DNA of 64,000 nt from Octopus sinensis (GCF_006345805.1 NC_043006.1:70432001-70496000), one strand, 5' to 3'. Positions 24,633-37,454 are shown, counted from the first letter of the stretch. Notes: a model not told the origin generated them from the sequence alone. Numbers and translations: made by a program.

Positions 24633-25239
24633 TAATTTACTCTATGTATTGAGTACCTTATTTACTGTGGTTAACCCCGACTCAACCCGGGACCTACATA
24701 TATATATATATATTATATATATATATGTGTGTGTGTATACACTTGTGAGAGATTGTATGTATGTTATATATATAAATTTAAGTATATAAACAAGTCATCT
24801 ATTCTCAACAAATACAGGAGTTTATTAATTTATGTGAAGTTAAGATTTACAAATTTATTCTGTCTTCATGTATAAACACATAAATATATTCTTACATTCA
24901 CACGCACACATACACACATTACTTGGATTTTGTATACACCCACATGTTTATGTAATATACCACAGAACATATGAGTTAATTAAAGCTGTATATGAAAGTG
25001 TGTGTGTGTATGTATGTGCGTGCGTGCGTTTGTGGTGTGATTCTAAAAATAATTTTTAGGTTAAAATAACTGTTGTTTGAGGGGAGGAACCTGTGGAGGG
25101 TGACTTGACATGAAAAATATTGTCATCTGTTAACCCAGTTGAACCTCAATGTGTTTTTTAAGAAGCTATTATCAAAAAATACATTTGTATATACACACAC
25201 GTGTATGTAAATGTGTGTCTGTGACCGACCTCTAGCCAC

Positions 25240-25410
25240 TAAAGCTTTTTTTATTCTCTCTTTCTGTTTATTTTCTCATGTTCCTTTCTGTTGAAGAGCG
25301 TAGGCTTGAAACGTAAAAGACTTTTTCACCTTCCCAAGCGTTAAACTAATACACCTGTTTGTTGTTTATACACCTTTCATTGTTTTTTGTTTTTTGTATA
25401 TTCCAACTAT
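25240..25410 (+). mobile_element. Penelope-like terminal repeat with variant hammerhead core (CTGTTGA); inverted sister copy at 25785-25925
   Basis: CTTT-CTGTTGA-A-GAGCgtagGCTT-GAAA-CGTA-AAAG at 25284-25319; minus copy CTTT-CTGTAGA-A-GAGCaaagGCTC-GAAA-CATA-AAAG at 25871-25906. Confidence 0.55.
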
Positions 25411-25419
25411 ATGTATATA

Positions 25420-25780
25420 TCATCATCATCATCATCATCGTTTAACGTCCGTTCTCCATGCTAGCATGGGTTGGACGGTTCGACCGGGGTTCTGGGAAGC
25501 CAGAAGGCTGCACCAGGCTCCAGTCTAATCTGGCAATGTTTCTACAGCTGGATGCCCTTCCTAACGCCAACCACTCCGTGAGTGTAGTGGGTGCTTTTTA
25601 CGTGCCACCTGCACAGGTGCCAGGCGAGGCTGGCAACGGCCACGGTCAGATTGGTGTATTTTATGTGCCACCGGCACGGAAGCCAGTCGTACCGGATATA
25701 TATATATATACATATATATATGTCCAACCCATGCTAGCATGGAGAACAGACGTTAAACAATGATGATGATGATGATGATC
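25420..25780. mobile_element. RTE 3' UTR with inverted second 3' end (two outward-facing tails)
   Basis: Minus-strand tail at 25420-25700 and plus-strand tail gtccaacccatgctagcatggagaacagacgttaaac(gat)n at 25720-25780. Confidence 0.8.
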
Positions 25781-26787
25781 GGGAGAGTTTACGAAAAAAA
25801 CTAAAGACGAAGACAAGTGGTGTACAAAACAAACAGATGTATTAGTATAACGCTCAGGAATAGAAAAAGTCTTTTATGTTTCGAGCCTTTGCTCTTCTAC
25901 AGAAAGGGACACAGAAAAAAACAAGGAGAGAAATATATATATATATATATACTCTCTCTTTTACTTGTTTCAGTCATTTGACTGCTGCCATGCTGGAGCA
26001 CCGCCTTTATTCGAGCAAATCAACCCCAGGACTTATTCTTTGTAAGCCTAGTACTTATTCTATCGGTCTCTTTTGCCGAACCACTAAGTTATGGGGACGT
26101 AAACACACTAGCATTGGTTGTCAAGCAATGCTGGGGGGATAAACACAGACACACAAACACACACGCACACATATATACATATATATGATGGGATTCTTTC
26201 AGTTTCCTTCTACCAAATTCACTCACAAGCCTTTGGTCAGCCTGAGGCTATAGTAGAAGACACTTGTCCAAGGTGCCACACATTGGGACTGAATCCGGAA
26301 CCATGTAGTTGGCAAGGCTACTTACCACACAGCCACTCTTACATATGTACATACATATATACATACACTGTATTTTTTCGCTTACAAGTTGAATTTTTTA
26401 CACTAAAATTTACAGTAAAAAAATGGGTAGGTTGACTTATACACCAAGACAACTTCGGAGAACCAAAATTTCCATGTGAATTGCAGCAGGATTTGGAAAT
26501 GCTTGAGTGTTTACACTACAAACTGTCAGTTTGCATGCCAGAAAATGCTGCATGTAAATTCATATACTACATGGTCTGCTGTACTGATTCTGTTGCTTGT
26601 CCATTGTCCAAATTATTTCTGTAGGTCCATGGGGTTTTAGGAGTAGATCATTATGATATTGGATGAAATACTTAGCAGTATTTGTTTGGCTACTTTATGT
26701 TCTGCATTCAAAACCTGCTACGGTCAATTAGGTACTGGGGTCCATTCAATGAAACACACATCACGAGCTGGAGTCCCTCAAGCAGTC

Positions 26788-27012
26788 TAACCCTTTAAGC
26801 ATTCAGATTACTCTGTCAAATGTAATGCTTATTTATTCTCTTTGTTTTGAATTAATCATGTATTATCTCATAACTTTGAGATTTTAATGAAGTGATTGTT
26901 TATTTTTAGAAGGTAATTGTAGGGTAGGTGTGAGAAGCTGGATCTGGCTAGTTTGAGCATAGAACAGGTAAAGTATTTGGGTTGGATATGGCCTGTTTAA
27001 ATGTTAAATGTT
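26788..27012. mobile_element. Decayed piggyBac-type MITE (end fragment also at 48925-48965)
   Basis: Begins taaccctttaagcatt and ends in a degenerate aatgttaaatgttag. Confidence 0.5.
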
Positions 27013-28843
27013 AGTGTTGTCTTTCATCTTTATTCTGGCGCTCCTGCAATAGCACTAATACTAAGAGGTGTTGGCCTTTGTCTGTCCATCCTTTGGACAT
27101 CATTGGTTGTAAGGTGAGGGGCGACCTGTTGCATGAGGTGCAACTTCTGGTCCTCTATTTAACCTTTGAGAGGACATTTGGAGGGAAATAGCAGCTTGCA
27201 CCAGCACTAGTCTGATACACATTTTTAGCAGATTGGATGGAGCAATGTGAAATGATGTATCCTGTTCAAGAATAGTGTACCACTTTATGATTGTAACCCT
27301 AACACTTTCACCCACCAGGCCATGCATCTTCGCATATAATGTTTACATGTTGTGTGTGTGTTGGTTTGACTGGGGCTTTGAGTTAGGATTTCTGCAGCTT
27401 AATCTACCAGTGATCCAAATATAGAACTTGTAAATATTTATGTAAGGAAACCACATAAATGGATTGCAGATAGTGTTGATTGATATATGTGAAAAGATAC
27501 AGGAGAAATATCTATTGCATCTTGATCATAATTGGTCTATTAAGCTGTAAAAATAACAAAATTGACCATTTATATATGATGTGACCAGATACATCACACG
27601 ATGATAATATTAACCTTAACCATAGATAAAGCCTGTTAGCCGCCCTGATCAGGCAGGCTGTTCATTTTTTTTTTGACATACAGACAGACATAATAACTAG
27701 GGTTTTCTTGTTGTTGTTCAGCCCTAGGTCAAATATATGATTAAATATATTCCAATCATTATCATCCTGTGTTTTTAGGAACGTGTAGCAGGAGAGCATT
27801 ATCTAGTGTCTTCTTGCCTTTCTCAAGTCGCTGAGAGGTGGTTTGAGAGAGATTTGGTTGTTATTGTTAGCAGACTGAGCAACCACATAGTGTCTTTCCT
27901 TGTTGATGATTGGTAGTAATTACTGGTGTGAGTGAGGGACACACGGACAACTGTTAACATTTAACGAACATACTGACTGTGATGTCACCACTTCTCTGGT
28001 TAATGATGTATGAATGTGTGTATGTGTGTGTTAGCTTAGCATATATGTATGTGTGTGTGTGTGTGTTTCAGTGTGGATGTGAATGCATTAGGGTATGTGT
28101 CTTTATAATGTGTGTGTATGTGTGTGTATATGTATTTGTTAGTAGAGGATGTATGTACTAGCATATGTGTGCCTGGGGGGATGTCACCAAGTCTCTGTTT
28201 AATGATGTATACATATGTGTGTGTATAGAGTATACATGTATGTGTGTGTGTGTGTGTGAACTTAGTGTGCATATGTATGCTTGTGTTTAAGTCAAACTGT
28301 ACTGGTGTGTGTATGTGGTCTGGTACCAACTAAATGTTTCCTTGCATTAGTATGTGTATGTATGTATATATGTATGGATATATGTATGTATCTTGAGGTT
28401 ATTTGTGTGTATGTAATCTAGTATTTCTATGTGTGTGTGTATATGTATATATATATATATTTTTTTGTAGGTATATATGTGCCTAAGTGTTTGTATGTGT
28501 GTGTATATGTGTGTATATATATACGTGTATGTGTGTGTGCATATGTATGTGTCCGTGTGTCATAGCAGTCCGTCTCAGACATGAAGGAAATCACTCAATG
28601 CTGTTCTCTTCCTTCAATCTCGTTTTGTCCTCTCTCTCATTGATATTTCGACTGAAGCTGAGGTTTGATCCTACTGTCTTTATGTTTGTAGACCTCTGAC
28701 ACAACCAACTTCACCTTTCGTAGGCAGTGTTTACAACTCTCAGCTAAGTTTTTATACTCTTGTTGTTGTTATTGTTGTTGTAACTGCCATGTTTTGCTGG
28801 TGAGGGCCATTTTCACTGTGCTTTCCTTCTTTCTTTCTTTCAG

Positions 28844-28852
28844 TTCCTACTG
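28844..28852 (+). CDS. 9-nt microexon TTCCTACTG of an unidentified host gene
   Basis: Very strong acceptor ctttccttctttctttctttcag, donor G|GTCAGT, frame-preserving length, TGC at 28819-28821. Confidence 0.7.
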
Positions 28853-29849
28853 GTCAGTATATATTAACTGTGTCTATTTGTGTGTGTGTGTGTGTATGTG
28901 TGTGTTTATATCTGGTGTATGTGTGTGAGCTTTTGTCTTTGGTGTGTGTATTAGTTTCGATGTGTGTCTCTGTGTGTGAGCTTTTGTTTTTGGGGTGTGT
29001 ATTTATGTTTCAATGTATGTGTGTATGAAAATTTGTGTGTGTGAGTTTTTGTGTTTGGGGGTGTGTATTTATGTTTTGATATGTGTGCGTATAAGAATTT
29101 GTGTGTGTATTTATATATTTAGTGTGTGTGTGTGTGTAAAAGAGAGACTATGATATTTGTGTATGTATGTGTGCATGTATGTTTGTATATGTGTATGTAT
29201 GAGAGTTTGTGTATGTATTTTGATGTTTGGTGTGTGTGTGTGTGTGAGCTTTTGTCTTTGGTGTGTGTTCATGTTTCAGTGTGTGTGTGTGTGTGTGTAT
29301 TTAAATATTTACTGTGTATGTAAGAAAGAGACACTGTTTTTATGTTTGGTGTATATAACTGTTTTGATATGTGTGTGTGTGTGTGAGAGAGAGTTTGTGT
29401 ATGTATGTTTATGTTTGGTGTGTGTGTGTGTATTTGACTGGTTTCTGCACAATTTCAGTTTGCTAAATTCTGCTCACAAGGAATTGGTCAGTTTGTCTGT
29501 GGAGTGCTCAGCCACTTGCATGTTAATTTCACGAGCAGGCTGTTCCGTTGATCGGATCAACTGGAACCCTCGTAGTAACTGACGGAGTGCCTTTCATATA
29601 TATAAATGATGGTCACTCTCATTGATTTCAAAGTATGAATGTTTGAAGGAAAGTATTAAAAACAAAAACAAAAAAAGATTAAAAAAAAAGCTGCATCTAT
29701 TTTTGATGAATGTGTGAATGTAATTTGCATCCAGATTTCAAAGTCACATTGGGGACAATGAGGATTTTGATTTTGCTTAGAATTGGACGAATGCATCTGT
29801 TGATTGCAGGATATAATTTTTTTTATTAATGTTAAAATATCTAAGGCTA

Positions 29850-29972
29850 CAAGTTCATGGGATGAACACCGTGTCAGTTTGAAAACTTAGATAAGAGTAT
29901 ACAGATCTTGTATTTTGAGCACACTTTTGTATGGGGCAGAAGCATGGGCTCCCTACTACAAACATGTATGTA
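29850..29972 (+). mobile_element. RTE LINE RT fragment
   Basis: Reads IRVYRSCILSTLLYGAEAWAPYYKH. Confidence 0.7.
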
Positions 29973-30574
29973 ATCATCATCATCTACTGTATATATATTT
30001 ATGTTAGTGTGTGTGTGTTTTAGAGAAATTTGACCAAATAAACATGAAACCTAAATATTTTTGTTTCTTTTCTTCCAATGAAGTCTTTGATGTTTTTATT
30101 TTTTTTCTTAACATTCTAATGATTTGGAGATTTATATCAGTTTTCTGAGAAACAGCAAATATTCTAAAAATTCACGTCTTCTGCATAGTATATAACATAG
30201 TTTAACACTTGTATGTTGCTGAACGATATATATCACCATCATCATCATCATCATCATCACCATTTAACATCTGTTGTCTGTGCTGGCATGGGTTAAGAAC
30301 ATTCTTTATGCAAACACCATACCAAGAACCTTCCCTATGTTAGATCTGGAACTTTCATTGGATCTTGAGCCTGCATGCCTGTATGCATATGTATATATTT
30401 ACATTTATATGTATAAATGTAGGTGTATGGATATGTCTGTATATGCACACGTATGTATGGATGTATTTGTATGTGATATATATACACATATATGCCAAAC
30501 TTGACCTTCTCTTGATGTCGTGAATGTTAAAATACTTTGATTCAAATGAAACCTATAAATAATTATATATATAT

Positions 30575-30975
30575 ATATATCGCTGACGTGGCTGATCATA
30601 GTACCACCTGATTGGCACTCGTGCCAGTGGAACATTAAAAGCACATCCGAACGTGGGGTGTAACCAGCCCACTTATGATTACCTCTCATTCATTGGACAA
30701 TGAACTTTGCTTGCGAAGACCTATTGAGGCAAGTGTAAACAAATCAAAATCGCTGACGTGGCCAATGACAGTACCGCCTGATTGGTACCCATGCCAGTGG
30801 CATGTAAAAAGCACCCACTACACTCTCAGAGTGGTTGGCATTTGGAAGGGCATCCAGCCGTAGAAACTTTGCCAGATCAGATTGAACCTGGTGCAGCTTC
30901 TGGCTCACCAGTCCTCAGTCAAACCATCCAACCCATGCCAGCATGGAAAGCGGATGTTAAAATGATGATGATGTT
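30575..30975 (+). mobile_element. RTE LINE 3' UTR; further copies at 31880-32090, 40205-40405(-), 48970-49215(-), 62545-62745, 63670-64000
   Basis: Same family-B sequence, including gaagacctattgag. Confidence 0.85.
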
Positions 30976-30989
30976 ATATATATATATAT

Positions 30990-31866
30990 ATCAAAATGCT
31001 TCAGGACTAGTCTTGTAGCATGACAACAGATGGCAACACATAGTTATGTGTGCAGTGAGAGCTAGCAGTGACCTTCATGAGGCAATGTGCCAAACGACAT
31101 CGCTGTGTTTCCTTCGCAAGTTGTGAAATTTGTGGTTTTGTGATCATGTGTATACGAATTTTGCCACAGACTGGAGGTTGGAACAAATAGCAAACGTGAA
31201 ATTTTGCATTAAACTTAGGAAGTCTGCTGCGGAGATATCAGGCATGCTTCAACAAGCTTACAGTGACGAGGTAATGCATTGTATGCAATGTTTGAAGTGG
31301 CATGGGCAGAACGTCCCTGGAAGATGTGTGATATGGAAGACCTACCATAAGCGTCACCTCTAGAAATGTGGAGAAAATTCATCGGCTTGTGTATGAGGAT
31401 CATCAGAGGACAATCAACAATGCTTTGAAGTATTCAAGGGAGGGCATTTGGTGAAAGCAACTCAATCTGTGGAACATGAAGAATTAGGTTCTTCATGCTG
31501 ACAATACACCCTGTCACTGAGCTTTCCTCACTTATGAGTTTCTCGCCAAAATCATAATATCACTTCTGCATCCACCCTATTTGACAGATTTAGCACCTGT
31601 GGACTTCCGTCTCTTGCCCCAGATGAAAATGCAGCTCAAAAGTTGCTGTTTTAACATCATTGTTAAAATCCAAAACGAATTGTAGATGGTCTGACTTGGT
31701 TACAGAAAACCACTTCCAGGTCAGATTCCAAAAGTGGCAGGGACACTGGGCCAGTGTATTGCTGCGCAAGTTGACTATTTTGAAGGAGATGATGTTAAAA
31801 TCTAGGTAAATGAGTTATTTTTTTAATAAACATAACTAGTCCAGGAACTCTTTGATACCACCTCAT
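30990..31866 (+). mobile_element. Degenerate mariner (DD34D-type) transposon with internal deletion
   Basis: EQIANVKFCIKLRKSAAEISGMLQQAYSDE; HADNTPCH; HPPYLTDLAPVDF; TIR remnants tcaaaatgcttcaggactagt / actagtccaggaactctttgataccacctca followed by TA. Confidence 0.85.
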
Positions 31867-33662
31867 ATATATATATATATAGATGCCAGTGCTGCCTTTA
31901 TTGGCTTCCGTGCTTGTGACACGTAAAAAGCACCATCCGGTTTTGGTTGATGCCAGCCTCCTCTATCCCCTGTGCCGGTGGCACCCACTACACTCTCGGA
32001 CCCTGGTGCAGCTTCCTGGCTTCCCAGACCCCAGTCAAACTGTCCAACCCATGCCAGCATGGAAAACGGACGTTAAATGATGATGATGATGATGTATATT
32101 AAAATATATTAAAATATATATATAAACCATGGTTTATCTAGTTACCTTGCAGTTGAATATTAATTGTAATATTCAATACTTTTTAAATAGGTAACTAACC
32201 AGTATTTTCATTGGATTTTATTATCCTTTAATCAGGTTTATAACCTTTATTTGAACTTATATATATATAATATAAACCCTGTGTTTACAGTTTTATAATT
32301 AAATTTTCTCTTCCCTTTCCAACTTCTGCCAGCATAGACAAATGGATTTTATGATGTGGTGATGGTGGCAGTTATAGTGGTAAGAATAACCTGATGATGG
32401 TAGGGGTGATGATGGTGATGGTTATGGTGCTGATAGTAAGGGTGATGATAATAATGGCAATGGTGGTGGTTGTAATGATATTGATGTCAATATTTTAGTT
32501 GTTGCTGTTGTCTTCTTCAGACTGCACCATGAAAATATTGTGTTAGTTATTGATCCCAGATGAAGGAAGAGGAGGAGGAGGAAGAGGAGTTGGTCATTGT
32601 GGTGATGGGTGGAGGTTATTTTGATAACGTTTGTAATGTTTTTAATTACACTAGTGTGTAAGAGTCTTTCTTTCATCTTCTATTTGTTTGTCACTGGACT
32701 GTGGCCAAACTGTAGCACTACCTTGAAGGGTTTCGTGAAACAAATTTACCCCAGTATTATTTCTGAGCCACTTGGTTACAGGAACATAAACAAACCAACA
32801 CCAGTTATCAAGATGTGGTGGGAGACAAATATAACACACACACATACACACACAAGGATACATGTGGCTGTGTGGTTAAGAAGCTTACTTCCCAACCATG
32901 TGGTCTTAGGTTCAGTCCCACTGTGTGGTACCTTGGACAAGTATCTTCAACTATAGCCCTGGAACAACTAAAGTTTATGAATGGACTTGGTAGATAGATA
33001 CTGAAAAAAAAAACCCTTCTGTGTTTGTGTGTGTGTATCTTTTATCTTTTCCTTGTTTCAGTCAGTTAGACTGTGGCCATGCTGGGGCACCATCTTGAAG
33101 AATTTTTAGTTGAAAGCATCAACCCTGGAATTTAGTTTAAGCCTAGTACTTGTTCTGTTGGTCTCTTTTGCCAAACTGCTAAGTTATGGAGACATACACA
33201 CAAGTGGCGGTGGGAGACAAACACAGACACACACATACATACATGTATGTAAATGTGTGTGTGTGTGTGTGTTTATACATGTACACACCATGGGGTTCCT
33301 TAACTTTCCATCTGCCAAATGCACTCACAAGGCTTTGGTTGGCCCAAGGTTATAATAGAAGACACTTGTCCAAGGTGTCAGGAAGTGGGGCTGAACCTGG
33401 AACCATGTGGGAGGGAAGCAAACTTCTTTACCACACAGCCAACTGATATATAAGTGTGGGTGTGTGTATATACATATGTATGTGCGCATGTTTGTGTGTG
33501 TGTTGCTGTATCTTTCCCCTGACATTGCATGACAGTTGGCTACATCATATTAGCTCTGTCCTTCATTCCTAATCTTCTGTGAAAATATCTGGTCATGAGG
33601 ATATTACATTTCTTGGGAATTGGTGAGGGTTGGCAAGAGGAAGGACATCTTGCTGTAGATTC

Positions 33663-33817
33663 ACTAGCGTAGCTGGGGATGGGGGTAGGGTCGGTCCACT
33701 CCGGACGACACTTTTGGGTCTGCCGTAGGCAATATGAATCTTTTGTGGGGTCTGAGGTGGATGGGTGTGGCAAACGGAAGGGCCACCCTGAGCAGCACAC
33801 ACTCCGGCTACGCTAGT
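33663..33817. mobile_element. MITE with ACTAGCGTAGC TIRs; older copy at 54051-54216
   Basis: TIRs at 33663-33673 and 33807-33817; shared core acacttttgggtctg..gtaggcaatatg. No clear TSD. Confidence 0.75.
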
Positions 33818-33948
33818 AGATTATCACCTCAAGAAACTCTGTCTGACCAATGTGGGCATGGAAAAGTGAACAGTAATGATGATGATGTTTGTGTGTGTGT
33901 GTGTGTGTATTTGTCAATTTATTGATACTATTTATCTTTCTATTACAG

Positions 33949-34023
33949 GTAAGCCTTGCTGTTATGATATTTTGGGATATTTACCTTTTCATGTATTGAC
34001 CGAGCACCTGTCTTCATATCCAG
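33949..34023 (+). CDS. 75-nt phase-1/phase-1 exon (GKPCCYDILGYLPFHVLTEHLSSYP) of an unidentified host gene; starts with GTAAGC
   Basis: Acceptor tttatctttctattacag, donor CAG|GTAAGA; only the phase-1 frame is open, compatible with the upstream microexon. Confidence 0.65.
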
Positions 34024-34074
34024 GTAAGAACTTCTCTTTGTTGTTGTTGTTGTGAATGTTGACAATTATGTAAC

Positions 34075-34290
34075 TGCGAATCATGGTGATGTAAATGCTG
34101 TGAATAACTGTTTCTAATTTTGGCACAAGGCCAGCAATTTTAGGGGTCGGGGATTAGTCAATGTCATCTACCCTGGCACTCAACTGGTTCTTTATTTTAT
34201 CAACCTAGAGAGATGGAAGGCAAAGTCGATCTCAGTGAGATTTGAACTCGGAATGTAATGAGCCAGAAGAAATACTGCAAGACATTCCCC
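34075..34290 (-). mobile_element. SINE family C (tRNA head plus central gactttgcctttcatcc...gataaa..agtaccag domain); other copies 9870-10020(-), 37125-37312(-), 43280-43480(-), 44980-45130(+), 51170-51365(+)
   Basis: Conserved central block resembling, from memory, the Meta-SINE/Sauria-SINE core. Confidence 0.8.
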
Positions 34291-35060
34291 TTTTGGGGGG
34301 TGGGGTCTTCACTGCCTCCATCTTTCCCTCCGAAAGAGGAGGTGGAGGTTTTTCCATCACTTACTGTTCCAGGACCTTACCTTGGTCCTGGGGACAGTTT
34401 TTTTTAATGTTGCCTGGTTCCAGGCACAGGTGACACTAGGGTGGAGAAGGTGTCCCGCAAGAATCACCGGATACCTAGAACTGGCTATTTTAAGAAAATC
34501 TGAAAACACCAGGTTCTTGGCTGATTGGGTTCACAGGGTCAAAACCGCTTTTGACCCCACCCAATTAGCCGCATGCAAAATTTTGACATTGAGGACCTTG
34601 GCTCCACTGCCACCCAGACCCCAGCAGATAGTGTCTTCTATCCACTCAGGTTCTATCCCGTGTGGCAACCTGCAGACCCAAGCCCTTGTCAACTATTTCC
34701 CACAATACATGGAAAGAAACAATATCTCTTCGCCCTCTAAGGGCTGACTTGCAAAATTGCGAGCCTCTTCAGGGGTGTCAAATAGCAACCACACCGTCGC
34801 ATATTTGACACACCTGCAAATAAATTTTATAGTTGGCATTTATTCTGTCAACTCTCTCTCTCTATATCAATCTTTTTGAAGAGGGCAATGGTGCTGAGCA
34901 ACTTGGAGTACATCCGCAGCACCACCGTCCTCTCCTCAAGACTTTTTATCCACTGTTTGGGTGGGGCAATTTCCCACTCCGACACCTTATCAGCTTTCTT
35001 TGCCATGTTTTTGAGTCCAAAAAAAGTCAAACACAAGTTCAAAAAAAGAAGAAAAAACAA
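34280..35060 (-). pseudogene. Decayed gag-like/ORF1-like coding remnant of a retroelement
   Basis: Long nearly open minus-strand frame (..TVVLRMYSKL..ATVWLLFDTPEEARNFASQPL..RLPHGIEPEWIE..PVILAGHLLHPSVTCAWNQATLKKTVP) ending in what looks like an eroded zinc knuckle. Confidence 0.45.
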
Positions 35061-35539
35061 AAAAGAAGAAAGAGGGAAGACAGTTCAAAACAGCAGAATT
35101 CAATAAAGCACAATTCCAGCCGACAGTACTCCTGGCCTAGGGTAATCCACCAGCAGGAACAGAGCTCCACAAATTAGTACAATTCCATGAATTTCACAAC
35201 TTTTTGGTAAAATCCACAATTTTTGGTAAAATTCTACAAATTTTACAACTTTTTTGGAGGTGAAACAATAATGCTCAACTGCAAGCTGACAAATGTCTAG
35301 AATCCAGTGAGGACTTCTTGCCTGGGAAAAAATATTACACACCAAACCCTCAGTGGACCTAAAAAACAAAAGCTTTACCTTACAGTTGAGCTCTTTTTGT
35401 TAATAATTCACAGCTACAAAATAGCATGCAACTTCCTTAGTGCCAAGAACAACACTAACAATAGTGTATGCGTGTAAGCAGTAAGCAAGCTACTTACCAT
35501 ACAGCCACTTCTGTACTTACCACACAGACAAGCTACTTA

Positions 35540-36230
35540 ACACACAGACATGCCTGCGCGTGATCATGATTCTGAATGTTTTTCTACTGGTAAAGTGTTC
35601 AATTGACCCAAATAAGTGAAAATCTGACAGTCCTAAATTTGATGAATAGGAGGGGTGAGATAGAGCTTCGCAATTAAATGAATTTATCTTTTCTTGGGTT
35701 ATCTTGTTGAACACACTGCATTATTCTTGATGGTCAACTCATGAGATTCAAACTTCCCTTCACTATAGACTTTTTAATCTGCTTGAGATGATTTTGTACA
35801 ATGGACCACAGTTTATTATGCTCCTGGGTTACTTCCCCAATACTTTGTTGGGGATCCTCTTCAGTTGCTGTTTTTATGGCATCGTTAATGAGAACAGTTG
35901 GTCTTCCTAATCAATACCCATCCAAAAGATTGAAATCACCATTTTTTAATTTGGTAAACCACTTTTGGCATTTCCGAATACTCACACAATCAGGATAGAC
36001 AATGCATTTGAGGAGGTTCTGAGAAGTTCCTAACTTTAGGTAAAAGAAAATACAGGAGGATCAGTTAATTATGGTCTTATTCAACATATTCTCCTTTCAG
36101 ATTGACACAATTATTGCAGCAGTCCTTCAGTTTTTCTAAGCCCTGTGAAAGAACACTGAAGGTGGGGCCTCCAACCAGGCCTTTCGTGATACCCTTAAAG
36201 CCAGGAACTTTTCAGCACCTTCTTGTATGT
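35540..36230 (-). mobile_element. Degenerate mariner remnant
   Basis: ALSHPSYSSNLGLSDFHLFGSIEHF (HPPYSPDLAPSDF motif); GRPTVL..EEDP; TIR-like tacaagaaggtgctgaaaagttcctggcttt near 36200-36230. Confidence 0.75.
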
Positions 36231-37454
36231 TTTCGCTTGCATTGTTGCCATTATGAAATTTGTAAAGCAAGCAATGCTGAATAGAGCTCACTAAAGTCCT
36301 CATCTTCACTGGCCAGTCAGATAGAACATACACACGCACAGCATATGTCCACGTTAATGTTTGGTCGTAAACTCTATGCTGATGAGTTGATTGCAAAGGG
36401 ACCTTTTATTAGCTTGTAAACTATTTCTATTACGACGTCAGACTACTTACTTTGAAAATACAACATTACTTTTTGGTACACTTAATATCAAATGGATGTC
36501 TTATAAAACTGTTCTGCACATACAATAACAGCCATGCCAACATCCAACATACCTCCATCATCAGCTGCCTTATGGACATCACTATGGTTTTGACACCCGG
36601 GCAGTACCATTCAATCCGGCAGTGTGAACAACACTAAAATAAGTGCTGTTTGGAAACAAACATACCATAGATATCACTACATTCATTCAATCTTAATTCT
36701 AGGAAGAATTAAACACTAACATCATTAATTAACCTATAACAAAGAAACACATTTACCCTATGTACAAAAACAGCATCTGTAAATTAATTCAATAAGTAAA
36801 CCTATAATTAACTCCTAAATTATCTAACTAAATAGTGACCTAGCCCTTGAAGTCCATGCAGATAATATTCCCACCAGTCTTCCATAGTTATTGATATAAA
36901 AGTGAAAGCTTTATATTCTAGTCTTTCCAAAACAAAACAAATTCGATTGAACTTAACTAATAACTAATTCTAATTACACTATTTCGTAACCCAAATAATT
37001 AGAACACTCCATACGTATTAAATATTCGTTATCCTAACATGTTTTAATGTTAAACTTATACCTGTAATTTAATAGATAATACTAAAATATCCTTATTAAA
37101 TCATATATATTAGTTTCAAATTTTGACACAAGGCCATCGAATTCGTAGGAGGGGGTTGAGTCAATTGCATCGACCCCAGTGTTCAACTGGTACTTATTTT
37201 ATCGACCTCGAAAAGATGCAAAGTGAAGTCAACGGAATTTGAACTGAGAACGTAAAGACAGACGAAACATCACAAAGCATTTTGTCCAGTATGCTAACAA
37301 TTCTGCCAGCTTCCCTAATATATTTCCAGTCATCTACTAAGTTTGATTTAAGCAACTTAACCCATTCCATTACATCTTATATCTGTGGGCTCTCTCTTAA
37401 ATGTGATTAATCATTTTTATATAGTTTTGTGAGAAAAATAGAGATCATTTTACA

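Noticed and set aside
28565-28715. Open frames upstream of the microexon (minus RSTNIKTVGSNLSFSRNINERED..; plus ORF 28487-28699)
   Set aside because: Weak splice signals and no recognisable homology; more likely intronic regulatory sequence flanking the microexon.
36101-36161. Possible + strand exon after ctcctttcag
   Set aside because: 61 nt, stop in the phase-1 frame, weak donor, and overlaps a mariner end.
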